Source: Octopus bimaculoides
Taxonomy: Eukaryota
Reading direction: 5' to 3'
Assembly: GCF_001194135.2 (NCBI RefSeq)
Contig: NC_068997.1
Coordinates: forward strand, 40,143,278-40,207,277
Length of the DNA: 64,000 nt
Part shown: piece after piece, positions 53,035-63,841 of the stretch
Position numbering within the stretch: the stretch's first letter is position 1
Layout of the letters: the number at the start of each line of letters is the position of its first letter
Translations under genes and position numbers: made by a program
Notes under the pieces: generated by a model
Databases searched by the model: none
Told to the model about the DNA's origin: nothing
Seen by the model: the letters and a program-made list of their open reading frames with translations, nothing else

Positions 53035-53356
53035 ACTAAAAATAATATGAAACTAATACAATAAACAGATAAATAAACGGAATAAAATAATTAAATACAT
53101 AAACAAAATATAATATATTTTAAAAAAGAGGAAATGAAAAGTGGATAAAAACAAATAAATAAAATTAAATTAAACGAACGTGAATAAACAGGGGATTCTG
53201 ATAAAGTAGGTACCTTACACATTCTCACACCTACACTTACTAAACATAGGCACATACTGGGATATATGCATGCGCAAATAAAGACACAAACAACAGGAAT
53301 ACAAAATGGCAGATCGTTAAGAAGGAGAGACATAAAAAGGAAAGAAGAATGCAAAG

Positions 53357-53400
53357 GACCATTGATGAGGCCACATACGTGTGGTGAAAGAAATCTGGTC
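53357..53400 (+). ncRNA. Minimal type I hammerhead fold in the 3' region of the PLE remnant
   Basis: GACCA-TTGATGA-GG-CCACA(TACG)TGTGG-T-GAAA-GAAA-TC-TGGTC. Perfect helix I, helix II with a UNCG loop, C3U in the core, rudimentary helix III. Confidence 0.65.
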
Positions 53401-53504
53401 GAAATAGAATTAATATGAAATAAAGCTGAAGCAAGTAAATACCAAATGTATAGTGCGTGTGTTTTCACTGGCTAAATTGGCAACATGACCGTCCCCAAAT
53501 ACAA

Positions 53505-53540
<36 letters not shown>

Positions 53541-54132
53541 GCAAGTATATACTTGTAATGCTTATATTCCTTCTGTAATTCAGTGTACATAAAAGTGTGT
53601 CTGTGTGTCTGTTTAATTGTCCGGTTGGAGTGTTAGCTAGTGGAATGACATAATTTAAAGAACATTCAAGTGTTTATGATCAATAGAATTGTGAATAGCA
53701 AATATTTGATGATCCACAATGAATTTTATGTCCTACCGGGTTGCATATTATCATGAAATGAAATTTATATATGCCGCTGCATAAAGTTAGGGTCATTAAG
53801 TTTGTGAACAACCTTCTGGAAAATATTGGTTACGCAACTTATTATCTTAGAATACTGAGGAGAATTTGTAAATATAAAAATAGTATCAAAACATTTTTCA
53901 TGATGTCTTTATAGAATTATTCGCCGGCGTCTTTTATTTAATAAATAGAGAAATTCATCATTCATGTCGATTTTACGTATGACAGGGCAAAATTAATGTG
54001 TTTAATATAGAACAGTTACTGACATTTGCCCACATCGTGTAATACTACTGACACAGCTTAGTCGACCGTTGACATACCTGTGTATATACATGAATTTACA
54101 TGTATCTATATGTATCAATACTTAATTAATTT

Positions 54133-54345
54133 CAAATGTTGGCACGAGGCCAGCAATTTCGGTAGTGGGGATAAGTAGATTATATCAATCTCAATGTTCA
54201 ACTGGTACTTATTTTATCGAACTTGAAAGGATGTAGAGCAAGGTCGATCTCGGCAGAGTTTGAACTCAGAGCGTAAAGACGGATACAGTGCCGCCAAATA
54301 TCTATTTTCCCAGCGTGCTAACGATTCTGCAAGCTCGCTGCCTTA
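54133..54345 (-). mobile_element. tRNA-derived SINE, family B
   Basis: CTGGTACTTATTTTATCGAAC...GAGTTTGAACTCAGAGCG...CTAACGATTCTGCAAGCTCGCTGCCTT. Confidence 0.88.
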
Positions 54346-54811
54346 TATCTATACATTATTGAAAAGCTAGATCTGTGAGGGCGTTATATTTATTATAATG
54401 AAGAAAGCTGCTTATTAATTAGGTATGTAACAGTTGGTAAAAGAAAGCAATTATTAAAGGTCTGACCATTTAAACATTTTTTTATAAATTCATGTTCCAA
54501 GAAATTTCCTATAATTTCGATTTCTGAAGTTTATCAAATTTTTGAACACCAATTTTTTACAAATTTAATTGATAACTGCATTCACCGCGAAGTATTCCGT
54601 TTTCATTTGCAAAATCCTACAGTCTCTATTGTAATGTTTTCATTTCAAGTTTTAATTCGCTATTTACAAAACTCACAGTTTATTCTATATACGTAATATA
54701 AAAACATTATTTATTGAATGAAATTTTTCTTATATACCGGTATAATTTTTGTGGAAAGAATTAAGAAGTGATCTTGTTGAAGCTGTTTGGAACACTACAA
54801 GCCTTACAAAA

Positions 54812-56430
54812 ACAACTATCCGGACTGATTTTGGCCTTTTTTTAAACTTAAAAACCGCGTGAGGAACCTTTTCGGTAAAAAAAAAAATATTGTAAATATT
54901 TTCAGAGGAAAAGGTGAACAATTCAAGGGAGGTTTGGCTATTGTTTCTAGCACAACCCAAACCACCCTTCGTTTTCCCTCACACATGTATTGATTTTTTT
55001 TCANNNNNNNNNNNNNNNNNNNNNNNNNNNNNNNNNNNNNNNNNNNNNNNNNNNNNNNNNNNNNNNNNNNNNNNNNNNNNNNNNNNNNNNNNNNNNNNNN
55101 NNNNNNNNNNNNNNNNNNNNNNNNNNNNNNNNNNNNNNNNNNNNNNNNNNNNNNNNNNNNNNNNNNNNNNNNNNNNNNNNNNNNNNNNNNNNNNNNNNNN
55201 NNNNNNNNNNNNNNNNAGAATGCTATTAAGATGAATTATCGTTTATATAACTCTTTTTTTGTTTAAATCATCGTAGATAAATGTCAGCAATGACCTTCTC
55301 AGACTCTCCAATGTTTTAAATTATAAACAGAAACAATCAGGGGCGGGGAGTGGGATTACAAAACAATCATAATTTTTCAAATTTTATATTTTATAGCATA
55401 TAAATGTATCTATGGGGGAAAAACATAATGAAAACCATCAATGCATGTGAGAGCGATAAAGAAACGGGGAGGGTTGTCTTGGAATGTGTTAGAAACAACA
55501 GCCAAATCTCCCTTAAATCACTCACTTTTCCCTCTGAAAATATTAACAATCTCAAAATAGTTTTACCGAAAAGGCTCCTCCCATGGTTTTGAAGTGCAAA
55601 AATAATTGGCCAAAATAGATCCGGAGTGGGATGTTGAGGGGAAGGGGTGAGAAAAACATTTTCAAAACTTTTTTCATACAATGATGCAGCCCCACATCAC
55701 CTACCCCATCATATCGAAGGCTGTGGTTTAAAGAAAAATGGGGTAAGTTCTCGTCAACACAGAGTAGTTCTAACATCGTATTACCGAAACTCCTCTCCTC
55801 ACCCCATCGGAAAAAAAATTTCCCCCACAAATTTCTTTATAATCGTAATTTATGCCGTTTGAAAGATATACTCTTTTTACTTGTTTCAGTCATTTGACTG
55901 CGGCCATGCTGGAGCACCGCCTTTAGTCGAGCAAATCAACCACAGGACTTATTCTTTGTAAGCCTAGTACTTATTCTATCGGTCCCTTTTGCCGAACCCC
56001 TAGTTTACGGGTACGTAAGCACACCAGCATCGGTTTTCAAGCGATGTTGGTGGGACAAACACAGACACATACACATATATATACATATACATATATACGA
56101 CGGGCTTCTTTCAGTTTCCGTCTACCAAATCCACTCACAAGGCTTTGGTCGGCCTGAGGCTATAGTAGAAAACACTTGCCCAAGGTGCCACGCAGTGGGA
56201 CTGAACCCGGATACATGTGGTTGGTAAGCAAGGTACTTACCACACAGCCACTTGTATAAAATTTCATCAAAAGATACCTATTTCCTAAAAGTTATGAAAA
56301 AAGTCGGATCATGTGAATTTTCCGAAACTCCTCTCTTTTCATCCCCTCAGGAAAATTCTCTCCCGTAAATCCCTGCATACTCTGAAGCCACAACATCTAA
56401 ACGGTATTTGTAGAAAATTTTTTAAAAATT
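54812..56430. mobile_element. Further modules of the foldback-like family: inverted pair 54812-54983 / 55425-55634 plus 158-bp units at 55780-55870 and 56253-56430
   Basis: The GAGGAAAA..GATTTAAGGGAGATTTGGCT.TTGTTTCTA module (also at 39740-39880) occurs in opposite orientations. CCCCACAAATTTCTTTATAA..GCCGTTTGAAAGATAT unit as at 39.3-39.6 kb. Confidence 0.6.
55871..56252 (-). mobile_element. Full-length, young-looking SINE family A inserted in a 158-bp unit
   Basis: Complete head-to-tail structure on the minus strand; the interrupted unit resumes at TTGTATAAAATTTCATC. Confidence 0.92.
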
Positions 56431-56815
56431 TATCTATTTTTCTGGATGTTGTGAGACAACAAAGTCGGGGCTGTATACATCTGATTTTTTCATTCATGTT
56501 TATTTAATTCATTATTTGCAATGTTCTCTTTCATCCTCACTCTCTCACATACACTCACTGCAAATCTTGCAGATGGGCTGCTGAACTGAAATCTTTATGT
56601 TGCATTGATGGGTAGGTTAAATTTCACAAATTGGTTCCCTCGCTAATTAGACTACCTTGATGTTTGCTTTAAAAAAGTGAGTTTATGACAATAATAAAAT
56701 AATGAAAGCAATATTTTCTAAGCAAGTGAACACTATTATACAAAGAAATAATTAGATGTAAAATATTAAGATTATTACAATTGGGAATCAAATGTGAAAA
56801 TATTATCAAGTGGTT

Positions 56816-57032
56816 ATTCTTTTACACGCTTCAGTCGTTATTCGACTAAAACCCTAGAGTCTTAGTCGAATAAATCGACCCCAGAACTTATTCTTTGTAA
56901 GCCTAGTACATATTTTATAGGTCTCTTTTGCCGAAACGTTAGTTACGGGGATGTAAACACGAGGTGCCATGTAGTGGGACTGAATCTAGAACCATGTTGT
57001 TAGGAAGAAAGCTACTTAACACACAGCCACTC
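56816..57032 (-). mobile_element. SINE family A with central deletion
   Basis: Tail and head halves are joined at GTAAACAC|GAGGTGCC. Confidence 0.85.
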
Positions 57033-57047
57033 ATAAATATTTATTTA

Positions 57048-57099
57048 TCACAAATTTCAGACGAACGGGAACGTGTAACTCTGAGTAATAGTTCTGTGA
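57048..57099 (+). ncRNA. Second, mutated copy of the 51468-51519 hammerhead
   Basis: TCACA-AATTT-CAGACGA-ACG(GGAA)CGT-GTAA-CTC(T)GAG-TA-ATAGT-TC-TGTGA. Helix II is perfect but GAAA has become GTAA. Confidence 0.65.
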
Positions 57100-57195
57100 T
57101 AATTTTGCAGCTTTAATAAAAAGTATATTACTCTACTTTTGGTATTCGAGTACTATTTTTTAAAACCTTATTTTGTACCTATATGCTCACCTGTA

Positions 57196-57233
<38 letters not shown>

Positions 57234-58965
57234 CATATANNNNNNNNNNNNNNNNNNNNNNNNNNNNNNNNNNNNNNNNNNNNNNNNNNNNNNNNNNNNN
57301 NNNNNNNNNNNNNNNNNNNNNNNNNNNNNNNNNNNNNNNNNNNNNNNNNNNNNNNNNNNNNNNNNNNNNNNNNNNNNNNNNNNNNNATATATATGTATAA
57401 ATGCACACACACTCACAAATACACATACACACACACTCACATACATACACACACACGCGCACGCACTTACACACACATGTGAATATATGATTTATCTTTG
57501 TAGCTATATTAGTAACTGAATTTTCTATCATGAAATCTATGAGTGTATGTATGTGTGTGTGAATGAATATATGTATAATTATTCTCAGAGCACTACATAT
57601 AGTTTTACGATAATATGAAATAAAAGATACATCTTTAATTAAACTTACTATTTTAGTCTCACTGATAATGTAAACAAAGTAATTACTCGACAGCTTCCAT
57701 CTGTCTGCGGACAGAGCAAGTGAGATCGATCTCATTAGTTTCTGCTTTTCCTGAATTTTCATCAAAGAACTAATCCTCACCTTCTGTCAACGGCGTTATT
57801 TGTAACTTATAGTTATCCATAATGTATACACCCCTGGAGTCATTTAATCTGGTCGCACGCTGGCGGTTGGATTAACACGAAGGATTAATGAGTGCATTCG
57901 TACTGACTTACACATTTTATCAGAGAAACTCTTATGTACTTTATGAGAGAAAATCAGAGTTCACGATTAGATTAGTAACCAATCACAAATTTCCATCTAT
58001 CCTCTCATATGAAGCGAAACAAAAATAATGGAAAATAACAAAATACGAAAATTAGTAATACTATTCATCAACACGAAACATCCGGTGAAAGCAACCCGTT
58101 CACAACTATACAGAATCATATAATACAGCAGTATTCATCTATAATATCCCCTCATCGGCGGAAACATAATTGATCATTTATGGAACGTTAATCATTATTT
58201 AGCATCAAAAGACCTCACTAAATCAACCAACATGATAGAGCAAAACAAATAAATAAATTTATAGTAAGATCCGTGTTGTCTGGACGCTGATATTAGATAA
58301 AGCGTTAAACACTTATGGTATGCAAATTAGTGGCTCCAGTTCACCGATGTTACTGGATGTATTGGAAATGTAAGCTGTTTCCCTGGGGCTGGTCAAGTGA
58401 TAATGATACCGCTAATGAAACCCCAATAAGGATCGAAAACTGACTAAGATTTTTCATTCTTTTTATTCTCAGCCTACAGAGAAATGAGTTCAAGTTTCCA
58501 TGTTTGTATGTCTAATGCGCGTGGTTGCATAGATAAGAGACATTTCTGAATGTCCTTAGTCACATGGAGAGAGTCAATACCAAATGTCGTTTGAGTTTGG
58601 TGGAAGGAAGACAGGAAGTGGTTCTAAGATCGAAGATCCGACTTCAATACTTGTAACAGAGTGAATTGTGTTAAGGTTATCCAGGAGCCAATTGGAAGGG
58701 TTCAATCAGCTGACGAATTAAGTGTGCCACACATGACTAGAAGCGTTCCCCACGATGGGTTTCCAAACATTTTACCTGTACCAAACTGCACTTACAAAGA
58801 TTTGGACCATCATTGATCACGGTTGAAAATACTTGCCCGAAGTCTCACGCTTCAACATTGAACCTGGAACGAAATAGTTTCGAATCTATATCTGTCAAAA
58901 AAAAAAAAACGTTATGTAACCTGTAACTGCTATATGATATGACATCAAGGAATATGAAATATATT

Positions 58966-59178
58966 GGTTTCAAATTTTGGCACTAGGCCAGTAAGTTTAG
59001 GGAAGAGATAAGTCGATTACATCGATTCCGGTGCTCCAAAGGTACATATTTTATCGACCTCGAAAGGATAAAAGCTAAAGTTGAATACGACAGAAAATTA
59101 AGTCAGAACGTAAAGACGGACGAAGTGCCGCTGAGCACTTCGCTAGAAGTGCTAACGATTCTGCCAACTCACCGCCCT
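58966..59178 (-). mobile_element. tRNA-derived SINE, family B
   Basis: TTTTATCGACCTCGAAAGGATAAAAG...CAGAACGTAAAGACGGACGAA...CTAACGATTCTGCCAACTCACCGCC. Confidence 0.88.
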
Positions 59179-59499
59179 AGGAATATGAAATATAATACAA
59201 GAACATTTGAATGGCTGAAAGAAACAACAAGACAACTTATAAATACTCACTCAACTAGATGCTAGAAACAGGAACCAAATACCACTGAAACCACAACTTA
59301 ATGTAGTAGGGGATGCGCCGCAACTGTATCTCTACTCTTGGCAGATGCCACTTTGCACCACTCAAGCGGCAACCCTCCGACACATGGTTCTTTTTGGATA
59401 GACGTTGCTGGTGAGGGCTTTACGAGGTCGGAGTTCAAATCCTACCTCAAACTATTTTAGTCGCCTGTTACGTCACACAGAGGAAACATTGGGTCCATT

Positions 59500-59646
59500 C
59501 TTTCGCATGCTGGTCACATACAGCCCATGAGCAACGCAACATGTAGTGTTTTGCCCAAGAACACAACATACCGCCCAATCCAAGAATCGAACCCATGGTT
59601 GGTGATCGTGAGTGCAACATCCAAACCACTAGGCCACGCACCTTCA
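59500..59646 (-). mobile_element. tRNA-derived SINE, family D head
   Basis: Minus strand GTGAAGGTGCGTGGCCTAGTGGTTTGGATGTTGCACTCACGATCACC...GGGTTCGATTCTTGG...TTGGGCAAAACACT. Confidence 0.7.
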
Positions 59647-60065
59647 CCTGATATCATACATAAAACATTGATCAATTTGAGAGCATAGCCCAAGATATGG
59701 AAACATAGAGGGATGGTCAAGACTGGAACGTCATTGATAATAGGCATGCCCCATCGACGCTACACTTGGAGTAAACTCTATCAATAACCATCTAAGAACT
59801 TAATTGTTAAAAGAATGTGGCTTGAGAGTGTAATGGCTACTGGGAAAGTACACATAGAGAATATTGTAATGAATCGAGGGAGATAATTGACGATACTTTA
59901 TTAAGAAAAACAAGCTCCAAATATTCTTAGCATATAATCAGATCCGAGATCTAATCATATGCAAGGGATATAAATTAAACAGTAGATTATATAGATTATA
60001 CAAGGTGATATAAGTTAAACAATTTCGATAGAATTAAGTCACATACGATTGAAACATTTTGATTG

Positions 60066-60243
60066 CATCCATCATCACCATCATCATCAAGATCATTATC
60101 ATCATCATCATCATCAAAATCATTATCATCATCATCATCATCATTATTATCATTAATATTATTGTTTTTGCTGTTGTTGTTGTTGTTGTTGTTGCTGCTG
60201 CTGCTGCTGCTGTTGTTGTTGTAGTTGTTGATGTTGTTGCTGT
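60066..60243. repeat. Compound (CAT)n/(TTG)n/(CTG)n triplet array
   Basis: Direct reading. Confidence 0.92.
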
Positions 60244-60247
60244 TATC

Positions 60248-60455
60248 GAGGCGGCGAGCTGGCAGAATCGTTAGCACACTGGATGAAATGCTTAGAAGTA
60301 ATACGCCCGTCGCTACGTTCTGAGTTCAAATTCCGCCGAGGTCGGCATTGCCGTTCATCTTTTCGGGGTCAATAAAATAAGTACCAGTTACGCACTGGGG
60401 TCGATATAATCGACTCATCCCATCCCCCAGATTTGCAGCCTCTGTGGCAAAATTT
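60248..60455 (+). mobile_element. tRNA-derived SINE, family B, tail running into (ATT)n
   Basis: GAGGCGGCGAGCTGGCAGAATCGTTAGCAC...GAGTTCAAATTCCGCCGAGGTC...GGGGTCAATAAAATAAGTACCAG. Confidence 0.9.
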
Positions 60456-60462
60456 AAAATCA

Positions 60463-60505
<43 letters not shown>

Positions 60506-60564
60506 CATCATCATCATTATCATCATCATTATTATTATTATCATTATTATTATTATTATTGTTC

Positions 60565-60677
60565 AGTAGTTTTATTTTTATAACGTGCTTTCACTTCACT
60601 ACCGAGCGCAGCTCTGTGTGCCTTGGGTATGTGCTGTGGTTTGCTGTGGTGCTCTTATGTTTACTGTATTGAAAGTG
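60565..60677 (-). mobile_element. Short 3' end of a Dong/R4-like element inside (TAA)n
   Basis: Minus strand ACA CTT TCA ATA CAG TAA (TLSIQ*) then a ~100-bp UTR ending in AATAATAAT; flanked by TAA repeats on both sides. Family assignment is by resemblance. Confidence 0.5.
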
Positions 60678-60744
60678 TTATTATTATTATTATTATTATT
60701 AATATTTAATTTATTATTATTATTGGTGTTGCTGTTATTGTTGT

Positions 60745-61378
60745 ATGATATGAAAACTCACGGCTTATTTTGTTGGGCATGACTGAAAGTGTCAGCTGTC
60801 GACATCCAGCAGACTAAGGTGACATTTGTTTACTGGTCATGCTTCAAGAACCCTGTATTCTCGGTGATTCCTTCTGGACTTTGCTCATACCATGCCTTTG
60901 CTCTTTGTAGGCCGTGATTTCCACAGAGCTCCCAATGGATCATTCTTGCTAGATTATGATGGCGTCTTTTGTATTCGTGTTGTGCCAATTTCAAGCATTC
61001 GCTAACGATGTGCCATATCGTTTCGCCCCTCTCGCCACACATTCTGCATTTGTCGCTATCGGTAGTGTTATCCATTCTGCACTTCATATAACTAGTCCTT
61101 AACGCTTGTTCTTGAGCTTTGCATATGAGTGTTTCTGTCCCTATCTTCAGGTCACTCCTCCTCATACATAACCACCGTTATGTCTCGGCGTTCACATCTC
61201 TTGCAAACTTACCGTACATGTTCTTTTCCTTCCATGCTTTTTTCTTTTCCTTTGTTCATTTCTTGTTTAATTTTTTTCTTTAGTTACACAATTTTCAGTT
61301 TTAATGACGCCGGCCTTCTTCGTGTGTTTCAACAGTGTCTCCACAACATTTTTTATATATATCACCCTAGGCAGATAT
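60745..61378 (-). mobile_element. 5'-truncated Dong/R4-type LINE in (TAA)n, RLE domain apparently deleted
   Basis: RSDLKIGTETLICKAQEQALRT, CRMCGERGETIWHIVSEC (CCHC knuckle), YKRRHHNLARMIHWELC, WYEQSPEGITEN, then an abrupt switch to UTR-like sequence. Confidence 0.88.
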
Positions 61379-61406
61379 AATTATTATTATCATTATTATT
61401 ATTATT

Positions 61407-61975
61407 GAGTGAGAGAGCAGTGCATGCCATCAAAGTGACACTAGGGTAAAATATACGAATCCCATTATACCCATCATGACTACTCGTCTGATAAGGGCAC
61501 ACCAGGCACATGCATCACAACCATATGTGCGCGACATGGTGATCTCATATCAAGATAGATAAACAGCGCATGACCTCGCAGGTGGGACCCAGTTAGAATT
61601 TTCTTCAGGTCGAGTAGCCCATACTCCTCAAAAGGTCCCTGAATAAGGTTTGTTTAAGGATGTTGAGCAAAGCACCCATGTTTCCAAAGGCGAATTATTC
61701 AAACCCCAAAGAATTCGTCTCAACACATGGCTATGATGCTCCCCGACTACTTCTGCTCATGATCAGANNNNNNNNNNNNNNNNNNNNNNNNNNNNNNNNN
61801 NNNNNNNNNNNNNNNNNNNNNNNNNNNNNNNNNNNNNNNNNNNNNNNNNNNNNNNNNNNNNNNNNNNNNNNNNNNNNNNNNNNNNNNNNNNNNNNNNNNN
61901 NNNCAATGTACATGATAACACTTCCAATCAGTTAAGATCAGAAGCCATGAGAGCCACTGCTTGGTACTGCATCCG
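61407..61975. mobile_element. ~570-bp non-coding interspersed element inserted in (ATT)n
   Basis: Sharp (ATT)n boundaries on both sides, no long ORF, diverged internal homolog at 32686-32850; contains a 136-N gap. Confidence 0.6.
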
Positions 61976-62055
<80 letters not shown>

Positions 62056-62071
62056 AATCATCATCACCCCC

Positions 62072-62138
<67 letters not shown>

Positions 62139-62166
62139 CCACCACCATCATCATCATCCTCATCAC
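61976..62166. repeat. (ATT)n to (ATC)n to (ACC)n compound triplet array
   Basis: Direct reading. Confidence 0.95.
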
Positions 62167-63139
62167 CTGTCTTCGCAGACTATTTATCTTCAATTTGTAA
62201 ATTTGTCTCGACAAAGACGACGACTCTTAGCTAAGCTGTGCATTGCAAAATTGCAAAGCAAAGCAATCTCCAGACTAGAATGTGCAGTTGTTGGACGGAT
62301 ACCTTATGATCATGCTTACCTATTATTATAATGGCTAAGCAAATGCCAAAGGTAGTCGATATACGTACTGCTAGTAGTCATAAAGATATGCGGTGTGACC
62401 AAGCCTGATCGATACTGTTTCCACCAGGGTTTGCCGACTATGTCACAGCTAGCAGGAAAACCTACTACGTGCGGAAGGTCATCGTCTGGACACCAGAACA
62501 TTTGCACACTATGACATTTATGCATCAGTAATTCAATTAGCAGTGACCCTAAGCGACTGCTTACATACATTCTTTGCATATATGTATGTATGTATAGTGC
62601 CATTATACACATACTTATATACATACACACATACCTACCTCGCACGCGCACACACACACATTAGTGCCCGTGTGTGTGTGTTCATAAATACATACGCAAA
62701 TATATTATAGATATGTGTGTGTGTATATGTGTATGTGTGTGTGCGTATGTGAGTGTGTGTGGCATATTTATGAATAACCTACGTGATACTCAGCGTTAAA
62801 TATATATACTTTGATATTTGGTTAAGAAATCGGTAAATGACAAAAAAGAATTGTTTAAACACATCAAATAGGAATTTATATAGTTATGGGAAGTGAAACG
62901 GTGTGCGTGCGCGCGCGCGTGTTTGTGTGTGTGTGTGTGTGGGATTGTGTGTTAGTCTCAGGGTGTGTGTGTGTTTGTGTATTAGTGTTTGGGTGCGTGT
63001 ATGTGAGCTTGTGAAAGTGATATATTGATTACTTGTACTAGTACAGACATCTACATAGATGGCTATACACACAGACACACATACACATACATATACACAT
63101 ATAAATAGATACATATACATATACACATGCATATATATA

Positions 63140-63837
63140 TTCTTTTATTCTTTTATTCTTTTACTTGCTTCAGTTATTTGACTGCAACCATGCCGGAGCA
63201 GAGGCTTTTGTCGAACAAATCGACTCCAAGACTTATTCTTTGTAAGCCTAGTACTTATTCTATCTGTCTATTGCCGAACCGCTAAGTTACGGGGACGTAA
63301 ATACACCAAAATCGGTTGTCAAGCGATGGTGGGGGATAAACACAGACACAGACACAAGTATATACCTATAGGCGCAGGAGTGGTTGTATAGTAAGTGGCT
63401 TGCTTACCAACTACATGGTTCTGGGTTCAGTCCCACTGCGTGGCACCTTGGGAAAGTGTCTTCTTCTACAGCCTCGGGCCGACCAAAGCCTTGTGAGTGG
63501 ATTTGGTAGGCGGAAACTGAAAGAAGCCCGTTGTTTATATATATATATGTAGGTATGTATGCATATGTATACATATATGTGTGTGTGTCTGTGTCTGTGC
63601 CCCCACATTCACTTGACAACCGATGTTGGTTTGTCTACGTCCCCGCACCTTAGCGGTTCGGTAAAAGGAGACCGATCAAGTAAATACTAAGCTTACAAAG
63701 AATAGTTTTTGGAGTCGATTTGTTCGACTAAAGGCGGCTCTCTTGTATGGCCGCAGTCAAATGAATGAAACAAATCAAAGTGGGATTGAACCCAGAACCA
63801 TATGGTTGGTATACAAGCTACTTACTACACATCCACT
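63140..63837. mobile_element. Sense SINE family A (63371-63780) between the tail (63140-63355) and head (63781-63837) of an antisense family A copy
   Basis: Orientation of the diagnostic blocks flips at 63356-63370 and at 63780/63781. Confidence 0.88.
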
Positions 63838-63841
63838 GCAA

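Larger units (their letters stand above)
1638..61903. other. 17 assembly gaps (N-runs) scattered through the window
   Basis: Runs begin at about 1638, 3163, 4640, 5851, 18614, 19449, 25284, 27276, 37555, 40007, 42567, 44298, 50842, 51652, 54984, 57240 and 61768. Most abut (AT)n, (GA)n or (GT)n arrays. Confidence 0.97.

Noticed and set aside
58333-58376. Possible 39-bp micro-exon (AG...GTAAGC) next to an ATGCAAAT octamer
   Set aside because: Weak polypyrimidine tract and no homology or neighbouring exon support; such motifs occur by chance in 64 kb.
2831-63619. Many long ORFs in the track (poly-YI, HT, CV, RE, poly-I/M/L, X-rich)
   Set aside because: They are translations of dinucleotide, tetranucleotide or triplet microsatellites and N-gaps, with no protein-like complexity.
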